A DNA stretch of 62,789 bases, filler included, from Choristocarpus tenellus KU-1152 (lineage: Eukaryota > Protista > Phaeophyceae): the NCBI GenBank assembly GCA_964200185.2. It is 10 parts of 10 records of this genome, joined end to end, with 100 filler letters (N's around TTAATTAATTAA, not from the genome) between each part and the next. Parts side by side here need not be neighbours in the genome. Positions count along the whole stretch, not along the records: positions 50,217 to 57,036 come from CAXNAD020007275.1; positions 57,137 to 60,189 come from CAXNAD020022655.1; positions 60,290 to 62,789 come from CAXNAD020027309.1; 7 more parts are not named here. The stretch is one strand, 5' to 3'. Both the position numbers and the translations under genes were made by a program. Shown here piece by piece: positions 53,030 through 62,789 of this stretch (position 1 is its first letter; every line of letters begins with the position of its first letter). The notes under the pieces were generated by a model. It saw only the letters and a program-made list of their open reading frames with translations, was not told where the DNA came from and did no database searches.

Positions 53030-56000
53030 ACCTCGTAGGTTCCAAACCACTTTGCTATTGGATATGCAGTTGCAGCCACTGTGAAAGTCCCTGACCACAC
53101 CAGGTGCCCCACCCAGGCAGGCTCTTCAAGTGACAGAAGGAGTCCCATTGCCAGGGTGAGGATTAGGAAGGCAGCCAATGAAAAGCACGCGTTGTATTCA
53201 TGAGGGAGGAGGTAGCCCTCAAGGAAGGCACGCAAGAAGGAAATGGTTTCCACATGAACCTTGAGTAGGATTTTTTGTTTGGGGATGGTTTGGTGGAACG
53301 GGTAGAGAGAGGCTTAAGCCTGTGAGATTTGAATGAAGTGCAGGGTGGGGACGGTTTTATTACTATTTAAAGATATAACAGTGAATATTGGCCTTAGGGT
53401 GTAGAGCAAATTCTTTATGGGTGGCTCGAAATTCGGTGAATAAAGATGCTCCTTCTATCTCAATCTAGATTTGTTCCTGCATGTGAGGAGAACCTCGCTC
53501 CTGACAGGAGTAAGGATCATTGTGATGATCCAGATAATTATATGGTCTACATTCCATGCAACATAACAAAATCCATTGTCTCTCTTGATGGACGTTGCTG
53601 TTAGGTGGTATACTAGGTCAGAGCGCTAATATATATTCTTGTACACATCAAGATCCAGTACCTACTCCAGTGTGTGAAATATTGAGAGGTGCATGTGTTG
53701 TCTCTTTGAGACCATCAAGACAGAGAGAATACCTGGTGACTCACCTCGCCATCCTCAACATCCTCAACACTTTGCTTCTTTCTCTCAAGATTTTCTGGGT
53801 CATCTTGATTTTTGTCGCCTTCTCCTTCATTTGCCACCTTCACACAAGTGTTTTCCGTTTCTTTGCAATCTTAGAAAAAATCACAACTTTAGTATGACTA
53901 AGGCACAATCTTCCAAGAGATAACTAAAAAGAGTTTGAAGTCAGAGGTGTACTTGTGGCTTGATATGGTTATCTCTCTAGTGCTTACTTAATAGCCATGA
54001 TTTTCCTACCACTAATCACTGAAAGTACTGGTCTACAACCATAAACCCGGAAGGTTGATTCCCACGGACCTTGAGGTGCTTAAGACTTCCAGACCTGCAG
54101 CAGAAGTCGAAAACTCCTCTTCCATGCCAATATCGACTTATCCTTACCCCGAGGCCGACCCCAAACCCAACTTTCTCCTGGGGTCCACGGACATACTTGG
54201 GACGAATGAGAAAGTCACGTCGCCTAAGTTTGTCCTGCTGATCTTCATCCCTCACATTTGTTGAAGACGCCTGGCATTGAGCACAAAGAAAAATACACGA
54301 TAAATGTGCGAAAAAATATCTTGGTGTGACCTAGAGAAATACTTTGCAGCAGGAATGAGATGCTCAACTCAGATATGGCAATGACTTGGCAGCACAGTTT
54401 CCAACAGTTGTTTTTTCTTTAGCTCTGAATGTGTAGTTCATAGTATTATTCTTCACTTTCTTCACTTTCTTCACTTTCTTCACTCTCTTCACTCTCTTCA
54501 CCCTTCACCCTTCACCCTTAGGCCATTCTTTATTGGGATGAACCATCAAGTATCGACCTTCAGCTCTGGTAGACTCCTTGATGAGAAATGATCCAGCTGT
54601 CATCCACTGGACATTGCTTGTTCAAGTTGTCCAGTTGCTTGCAAATTGAAGTTACTTTTTCTGGTGCAATACCTTCACCTTGAGTGTATTAGAATTTCTA
54701 CTACAAACATAGAGATTTCTCAGTACTCCTTATGCATTGTCTCACCCCAAGGCCAGCACCACTGTTTCCACTGCCAAGTGTATCACCTCCTCCCATAAGC
54801 GTTCTTACTGTTCCCTGAGTTCCAGCTCGTTTTTTCTCCAGAGCACTCATCAGGGGTAAGGATGGCATCTTAATATCTCCTGCAAGAGCATCTCCTGTGG
54901 TAGTAGTGCAGTGCCAAAGCACGATAGTAGAGAGACAAAGATTGCTGCCCTGTCTCCTTGAGTATGAAAAAAACATCCATTGATCTGTATATCTGCAAAA
55001 GAAATTTTCAAATTCTCAGAATTGTCGGGCTTATCTCCCTGATACAAATACACTAAGTTTAACGCATTGACCTTATTCTCCTTAACAAGCTGGCGACTTC
55101 GATTTTAGAGCTGGAGGTAGAATGGGGGAGAATAGCAACCCGGAACCTATGTGCTCACTCTGAGGAGAGAAATGTGAAGCCCATTCAGATAGTTTGGTAA
55201 TGAATTGGAGCAAACTGCCATCTAGGAAGAGGGTAGCACAAGCAAGTAAATATTTCATATGAGTGAGAGTGATGCTTATCTTCAAGTAAATATCACTATT
55301 GTTCCTTGCTTGCTCAACACCTGCCCCAGATATCTCACCAGTGGGTCTGAATTCCGGAAGATGTATGGAAGGCATGCTCCTATCAGTACTTCCATTCTCC
55401 AGGTCCTCAGGGAGGTTGCTGGGTTCAAACAGATCTCCCACCATACCGGTAGCTATCTGAAAGATAACATCGAAAAATTGGATGGGGTCATGTGAGCAAC
55501 GGAAGAACTTCAACTCAGTTCACCTAGAGATATTCCGCAATGGTTGTAGCCTTGAAGTTCATCCTCTGAAAGTAGAAAAAACACGTTAAGAGTCTGGAAG
55601 ATGCTCCAGTTTACTATGGATACATAATAGGCTGTCTTGGGGAATCTGTTGTGGTCACTGTGCACAAGAGTTCCAGAATGGATGGACTGGACATTCAAAT
55701 GTGAAGGTATTTACTGACTATAACAACAATCCTGAGCTTTTGTTTGATGCTGCCATCTTAACTTCACCTGGGCATCGTTAAGGTTTTCATCCTTCTCTTC
55801 TTCTCCTTCAATTGTAATGCCAGCAGCCTTGTCAAGAGTCTTGTTTGGGGGCCACCACACAAGCTCATAATCATTCTTCAACCACCGACTGGAAAGGTTG
55901 TAAGATGTAATCGGAAACATCATTTGTTTTGACTTATCTGAAGGGTTTGGAAGAAGAAAATACTATTATTGTAAGCTCCTTCTTCATTTTACGGAAGAGC

Positions 56001-56552
56001 AATGGCGCAAACAAATAGAGAGTTACAGTTTTGTCTCTAAGAGTGAAAGTATCTTAGAGGGTACGAGTTTTTCCCTTTTTGTCTATTTGAGGCTTGGCCT
56101 CCCACGAGTTATTTTATAAAATATTACCTACTCTGAAACATTTCGGAGTAGGTAAAATGTGTACGTCATGCAAACGTGTATCTGGAACAATGATACTGAC
56201 GTTTCCTAACAAACATGATAGCCAAAATTACATCAAAATCGCAACATTGGATTTTGGCCCTTAATTGGACGCGGCTCTACCCTCTAAGATACTTAGACTC
56301 TAAGATTAACAAAAGTGGGTGAGGTAAATCTGTGCAGTGTGTTGATTTCGCCTAGTCAAAATTTGTCCTTGAATTAAGGTGAAAACACGATCCGGATTCA
56401 TGGCTTTGTTCAAGGTTGATGTATTGAGTACTTTGCGAGTGCTGAGTATTCGGAGAACTAACACACTCAAGTCTGTGCATTGCATATGTGCTGGTGAGGA
56501 GGCTCTAGAGTCATCTACATCATTGGAGATATCATTCTCTTCTTGAATATCA
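53030..56552 (-). CDS. Fragment of an unidentified multi-exon gene with a multi-pass membrane segment
   Basis: Series of AG/GT-bounded open segments, e.g. ~55938-55768 (MMFPITSY...WWPPNK), ~55456-55339, ~54895-54746 (IKMPSLPLMSALEKKR), ~54270-54148, ~53869-53745 and ~53255-53032 (hydrophobic FSLAAFLILTLAMGLLLS, LVWSGTFTVAATAYPIAKWF). Phases not fully reconciled. Confidence 0.55.
56041..56300 (+). mobile_element. MITE family A, full-length copy
   Basis: GAGTGAAAGTATCTTAGAGGGTAC ... TACCCTCTAAGATACTTAGACTC, flanked by TAA/TAA. Confidence 0.92.
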
Positions 56553-56585
56553 CCTAAAACATTAAGCCATCCATCTACGAGTGCT

Positions 56586-56843
56586 GAGTGAAAGTATCTT
56601 AGAGGGTATGAGTTTTTCCCCGTTTGCCCATTTGGGGCTTGGCTTCCCATGGGTTTTATATTACATTTTCCTACTCCAAAATGTTTCGGAGTAGGTAAAA
56701 TCTATAAGTTATGAAAATTTGTATCCAGACTAAGGATATTGACACTTCCTAACAAACACAGTAGTCAAAATTACATCAAAATCGCAACATTGCATTTTGG
56801 CTCCCAAATGGACGTGACTCTTCCCTCTACGATACTTTGGCTC
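56586..56843 (+). mobile_element. MITE family A, full-length copy
   Basis: Same termini; perfect TGCT/TGCT TSD. Confidence 0.92.
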
Positions 56844-56945
56844 TGCTCCATTCAGTTCTTGTCCTTTTTAGACAACGCCTGAGCCCATCTTCCTTCTCAA
56901 CCTATCCCCCTCTCCCATTTCGTCCTTGACTTGAACTCTCATATT

Positions 56946-57036
56946 GACCCTAAATATCTGGGGGGGGGGGTCTAAACCAGTGTGTCCATTTGGGTCAAAA
57001 TCAGGAAAAGTGCATTTACATTATCCATCCAACGTA
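56946..57036 (+). mobile_element. MITE family B, 5' part at contig end
   Basis: Aligns with 30154-30249. Confidence 0.85.
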
Positions 57037-57445
57037 NNNNNNNNNNNNNNNNNNNNNNNNNNNNNNNNNNNNNNNNNNNNTTAATTAATTAANNNNNNNN
57101 NNNNNNNNNNNNNNNNNNNNNNNNNNNNNNNNNNNNCCTACGACACTTTGTCAGAGAGTGGGGGAGGGGGGGGAGGGGAGGGGGGTGGGTGGGGGGGGAA
57201 CAGACAGACATACGGAGAGGAGGGGGTATGTTATTTAATCTGTTCTTTAATATCTTTCATTTTGTACATTTTTATTATTATGTTGTAATTTTTCTCATTT
57301 GCTTGTTTTTTTGGATAAATAAAAAAATGCAAGTATAAAAAAAAAAATAACACACAGAAAAGGGCAAGATAACCAATCAAAATCCATCCAACATTGCTAG
57401 GGTGTAACAGTGGTCAGCTATGTACTTCAATATCAGTGGTGCAGA

Positions 57446-57649
57446 AGTACCACTCTATTATCAAGTGAAACCAAGGAAAAAATAAATGTATAGTATTAGC
57501 AGTACCACTCCATTATCAAGTGAAACCAAGAAAAAAATAAATGTATAACACTAGCAGTACCACTCTATTATCAAGTGAAACCAAGAAAAATATAAATGTA
57601 TACTACTAGCAGTACCACTCTATTATCAAGTGAAACCAAGAAAAAAAAT
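57446..57649. repeat. ~55-bp minisatellite, about 3.7 units
   Basis: AGTACCACTCTATTATCAAGTGAAACCAAGAAAAAA... starts four times in tandem. Confidence 0.92.
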
Positions 57650-58129
57650 ATTGAAGTAAAAATTAAAATAACCCTCGCAGGACACCTGTACAGTTAGTTA
57701 CATTCTCGTGTTGTAGATAACAGTTACATTCTTATCTATTACTACGGGACAAAGAACATGTTAGAGGGTTCGCACAAACCTTACCATCAACACAACTACT
57801 AATGGGTAGAGGATTTTAACCTCACCAAAAAAGAGTCAAAAAGTTAAATTTGTCACAGCCCGAGAGGAGAGAGGGAGATAGATGCTCTGTGGTATACGAT
57901 GAGCAAGAAAAAAAAAAAAGTAAAAAAAAGTAAAAAGAAAAATTGTTTCAATCTTCTACACCACAGAACAAAAAAAAAACCCGAATAGAATACCCCCCCC
58001 CCCCGCCGAGTAGTAGCTCTGTAGCGCTACTAGCTATCTGCATTGCAGCAGGCTAAAACATGCAGTACTGGTTAGTTCACCCGAGGAACCATCTCTAGAC
58101 TACTCAAACGAAGTAACTCAAGATCCCCT

Positions 58130-58204
58130 TGTATCGTGTATGTATCGTGTATGTATCGTGAATGTATCGTGTATGTATCGTGAATGTATCGTGTATGTAT
58201 CGTG
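58130..58204. repeat. 11-bp tandem repeat (TGTATCGTGTA) x~7
   Basis: Directly visible. Confidence 0.9.
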
Positions 58205-58352
58205 GCGAACTCACACCACACCACCGTGCATGCACCAAGCTGTTGAAAACTCATCTCCAAATAGGTAGGGTTAGGGTTTCTAGGTGAATGTATGCATCGA
58301 TTCGATCCTTATACATACATACATACATACATACATACACACACCATGTACT

Positions 58353-58399
<47 letters not shown>

Positions 58400-58641
58400 C
58401 ACACGGCAGGGGGTTAAAATTAGTTTGATTCTTTTTTTCAAAGCTACTAGAAAAAAAAATTCAAAAAACAAAAAGAGAGAGTTAATGAACTCATTTCATC
58501 ACAGGTAATGAAGTACCCTAACCTAAAAACCACAAGAAGACGGGTTTGACAATTAAATTAGCAACACCTCCTATCAATCCCCCGCCCATCATCATCACCA
58601 TCACCATCACCATCACCATCACCACCCCCACTCGTGTTCAC

Positions 58642-60189
58642 CTGAGACTTGATAGAATCCAATTCCTTTCCACTGAACATTTCCTCCAGGGGGGGCAAGG
58701 GTGGAGCTAGCTCCTTAGCGGTCTTGTATTGATCCAGCTTGTCCACAATCTCACTTCCATTCCAAGTCTTCCCCTTCTTTCCCAGGCCATCGAGAATCCT
58801 GTTACACACAGAATTACTGATGTGGTATCTTGGGAGGCAACGATCCGGAGGGGAGGGGGGGAGCAAGGCAGGGTTGGGGACCTGGGGGGGTGTGTGTGTG
58901 TGCTTAAGTGGAATGGGAAGGGAGGAGCCTTGTTTGGGGGGCGGGAGAGGAGTAGTGAAATGCCTTGAGTGGTGATAGAGAGGGCTAGTGTCAAGGGCTA
59001 CACTTAGAGTTGTTTTGACATTTTGTCCATGGAAGACAAATTAGAGCAATAAGTATGTATGTCTAATCAATAAGTAATCACAATAGAAACAGTCGGCATG
59101 TCTTTTTCGTATGCACATATGGCTTTAGACAATGCAAAATACTTCAAGGTAAAGAGTAGGTGTGGGAGAACGGATCCTTGAAAATAACATGAGGTGGTAC
59201 CTGTACAGAGGGTATGGGAAGGGGGGAGGGGAGGGGGGGGATGGGAGGGCAATAGCAACTGCAGGGGTTGCTACATCACCATTTAATACTAGAATAGTGC
59301 TGACGTGTAGGAACACATCACAAGAAAAAAGATGATACCAAGAGAAGTCACACTCTTACAAAAAAAAAGAAGGATCAGTTTGTCCTGCAACTTCCACCCA
59401 TCACACCCCACCGAATGCTGGTTTAACTCAAAAGGAAATATATATATATATATTAAAATATACGTATTTATGTATCACAAAAAAAAGAAAAGAATAGAAA
59501 AGAGGGCCTCCATCGCTTTATTGGCAATGTAGTCAGGAAGGAAGGCGGAACCAACAAGACCGAATGAATCCCCTTCTGCGTCACTATTTTCATCACTATT
59601 TTCATCACTCCTTCACTTCGTCGAGCGCAATGAAAGTCTCCTCGAAATATTTACACCCCATGCCATACATTTCCGCCACATCATCCCTAATCTCTCCCAA
59701 CTCCCCGTCATTCAGCACTACATGCCTCCCCCCCCTCCCCAAAACAAGGACAAACCGCTTGAACGATACCCTCTTCACTCTTACTCACCCCACAGAATTG
59801 GTACTCTTGGTCTTTTTGCCACACCGGGGGCACGTCCACCCCCCAGCCAAAGCTCGGCCTGACTTTTTCCCTTCTGGACTCTTGATTTTGCTCTTTGCAT
59901 TGTCCTTCGCCTTCACTTCAGCTTTGACCCTATCACTGCCACCACCACCCCTGCCCCTGCCCCTGCCCTTGCCCCGCCCTCTCCCTCTTCCCCTGCCTCC
60001 TTTTCCCTTCTCATCCAATCCCGAATCCTCTCCATCGGGATCACTAGCATCTACTCCATTATCCTCTAATGAATCGAGCATTGCCTTCCCCTTGCCTTTA
60101 CTAACCTTTCCCTTTCCCTCCCCCCCCCCCCCTCCCTTGGTCTTTGTCTTCTTCATCGTCCGCTTGCCTGAGGCCTCATTACTATCCTC
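58642..60189 (-). CDS. Fragment of a K/RG-rich protein with a CX2CX12HX5C zinc finger split by an intron (exons <60189-59789 and 58828-58642)
   Basis: The phase-2 splice GG|A joins WTCPRCGKKTKSTNSVG to YHISNSVCNR and completes the zinc-finger spacing; strong GTGAGT donor. Confidence 0.65.
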
Positions 60190-60379
60190 NNNNNNNNNNN
60201 NNNNNNNNNNNNNNNNNNNNNNNNNNNNNNNNNTTAATTAATTAANNNNNNNNNNNNNNNNNNNNNNNNNNNNNNNNNNNNNNNNNNNNCTGTTCTGCTG
60301 AGCTGACGTTCGTTAATCTGTGAATTGGACTTGAGTTGTACATCCTGTGGAGGTGAGATCCGAGGGGCGCCCGTAACAC

Positions 60380-60740
60380 TATGGTGTAGCTGCTGCTGCA
60401 GTTATTCTCACCCACCACGAGGATCTTTTGAACCTCGTAGTTTTAACCTCAACAACTTTGAGGTGGAATTTCTTGAGCACGTTGGAAAGCAAGCAGAAAC
60501 GTTCTTGGATGGGTTAACCACACCGGCAGCAGGGGGGAGAGGGCTGGGAGGATATTTGAGGAAGTGGAATGTCAAGTCTCTTCTGAGACAGATATTATCT
60601 GTCACTACATAAGTGTTTCTCTTGAGATATGCCATGCGTTTCAAGCTAGAGACACCAGGCAGGTGGGCAAGAAGGAGCCTGTCAGATTCTTGGGGTGCTT
60701 CCCGAGCTCCTCACCCACCTTCATAGGGCTAGGCTAGGAT
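60380..60740 (+). mobile_element. 3' end of a decayed RLE-type non-LTR retrotransposon
   Basis: RGSFEPRSFNLNNFEVEFLEHVGKQAETFLD...GGRG...VKSLLRQILSVTT* resembles the endonuclease C-terminus (..VE.FG.LG..A...L..LA); homologous to 61867-62167. Confidence 0.65.
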
Positions 60741-61866
60741 GAAGTATTGTAGTGTACACTTACATACAGGACAATACGCCCCTGGAGATGAGAAAAAGCA
60801 CCGGAAAGGGATATTAAGAGTAAATTTCGTGGTTTCAGATAAGCACCACTCATTCAAGTCAGAGAGTTTTTTTGCCTCTTGTGGTGTTATGTGATGTGAC
60901 AGGACAAATGATACATCCAAACCGTCTGCTTCTTGTAGTTGAGGTTGGATGGATTTGATTGGTGAAGACAGAACAAACAAGCAGTTTGGTTGTTCGACAG
61001 ACTGCTGCTTTCTGAAAGATCAGATGGATAATGTTGGTTTAAGATGGTGGTGTTGATTCCTCAAAACTTTGATAGAGGCTGCTGTCATTTCTTTTGTCGC
61101 CCCTAGGATAAGGCTGGGAGGGGCTCTGTGACTACTAGTGTTCCAACAAAATCTGCAGAATGACAACTTGTTCTTGGTTGGACCTTGGTCTGACTTTTCT
61201 ATTTATTTGGCTTGAGTTTCTTCAACAGTAATAGTACTTGCATAGTGGTGCCACGTACCTCTCGCCATCGAGTATTTCGTGGGTGTCACTTCATGCACCA
61301 ACACTTCAGTCGGGTTTGTAGAAATTTGAAATTTTAGTGTTGTGGACCGAAGGAGTTTACGACCGACTACATTTAGATCGCAAAATAAAATATTCGATTG
61401 ATCGGATTGAAATGTGGCTCACAAGTCAAAAACTCCAGACCATCCAAAGATCCACAGTCATGAATTAGTGAGTAGTACATTGAAATGTGTAGTGAATTGT
61501 GGGTAGTGACACCTTGTGAGTTTTGTGGTCTCTTGACACGTTCAGTAGTCACATTTCTACTACTATCGTGACGAAAAAAACTAACAACGGAATAACCTAA
61601 CTTTTTCAGTTCGGTTATTGGTTCTGATTATTCGAGTTCAACAAATTGACTTGTCAGGTTTAATAAATAATATAATTTTTCTAGCCGATTTATTTTTAAC
61701 CGTTAATTATTTTTTGGTTCACAATGTAAGGTATAGATCACATTAGAAAATGTGTACTGTTAGATTGTATAATGATGTCAGAGGGCAAAATAATAGATAG
61801 TACAACTACCTTCGAGATAGTTAATATAATTACTATATTTTTGTTATCAGAGGGCATAATGATAAG

Positions 61867-62167
61867 TTTTAACCTCAACACCTTGGTGGTGGAAAATTTT
61901 GTGTGCCTCGGTAAGCAAGCAGAAAGTGTTCTGGACGAGGTGGCTATGCATGAGGTAGGGGGGAGAGGGGTGGGAGGCTACAGCAGGAAAGGAACTGTCA
62001 AATCTCGTTTACGACAGATAGTGTCCGCCACAACACAACAAGTGGCTCTATCAAGACGTGTCACACGTTATAGGCTGGAGACACTAGGGAGATGGGCAAG
62101 GAGGGGCCTGTCAGATTCTTGGGATGTTTCCCTATCTCCTCGCCCTAGGGAGTAGGGCTAAGCTAGG
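61867..62167 (+). mobile_element. Second 5'-truncated 3' end of the same non-LTR family
   Basis: SFNLNTLVVENFVCLGKQAESVLDEVA...RKGTVKSRLRQIVSATTQQVALSRRVTRYRL; DNA aligns with 60440-60738. Confidence 0.65.
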
Positions 62168-62789
62168 TTGGAGGCATAGAAGGGGAGTGGTGCAGTATAG
62201 CTGGTAGTAAAAAAGTAAATAGATATAGAAGATTGTCTTTTTACATTGCCACAACTGAACTGCTACTTTTTCAGGGGTTGTTCTGATATTGAATTGGCTT
62301 TTCATTGGTTTTTCCCCCGACACATCTGAAAAATGTCAGAGGACATAATAATAAAATAACAGTAGTATATGGAATATATAGACGTCAGGGGAAAAACCTA
62401 TGAACACTATTCACATGTCAGAAAAATCCCTTAAAAAGTAACAGTTGTTGTCTAAACCGTTGTTATCTATGTACGTGGTGTGGGATTTCATATACCTTTC
62501 ACTTGTACGTGCATAGCGTCATACCAGTCCGCGATGTAAGTAGGTGTTACATTAGTTCTGGAAGTAGCATATATAATTTTGAAAGGTATCTTTCACATTT
62601 ACGAGAACTGTTACTCTTAGAGTGGCCGCTGTGATATTGGTTTGGGTGCTACTCTCGCCAAGGTCCTTATGATATTGAATTTATTTTTCTTTGACATACC
62701 TGCAAAATGCTAAAGGCACAATAATATATTGTTGAAGATAATATCTGCTTGAAGTAAGATTGGGTGATTTGGAGTGCCCTCGAAATCCC

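Noticed and set aside
57446-57649. Regularly spaced ~30-bp repeats as a CRISPR array
   Set aside because: The intervening sequences are near-identical to each other, there are no cas genes and the context is eukaryotic.
53030-60189. Joining the zinc-finger fragment and the membrane-protein fragment into one minus-strand gene
   Set aside because: They lie on different pieces separated by an artificial linker, with no evidence of continuity.

Overview
Eukaryotic nuclear DNA from a flagellated, plastid-bearing stramenopile, most likely a brown alga (inference from GT-AG introns, TTAGGG-type repeats, BBIP1, a bipartite plastid-targeting-like presequence and the retroelement types). The window is not one continuous locus: ten pieces are joined by nine artificial 100-nt N-TTAATTAATTAA-N linkers, so adjacency across a linker is not evidence of linkage. 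Spliced genes reconstructed by hand: a FIST-domain protein head-to-head with BBIP1, the 3' end of adrenodoxin reductase, the 3' half of exportin-7, an ~880-aa orphan membrane/coiled-coil protein, a PPR protein head-to-head with ERV1, and two unidentified minus-strand gene fragments (one multi-pass membrane, one C2HC zinc finger). Most of the rest is transposon debris: two sister MITE families with mostly 4-bp TSDs, Stowaway-like and Tc1-like MITEs, two decayed Ty3/Gypsy copies, a solo LTR, RLE-type non-LTR fragments and minisatellites. I found no clear multi-gene novel system. The best leads are the sister MITE families (one copy with telomeric repeats written into it), the putatively plastid-targeted FIST protein, the orphan membrane protein and a CxxCxGxG insertion in the ferredoxin reductase. 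All family assignments come from motif recognition; no database search was run.
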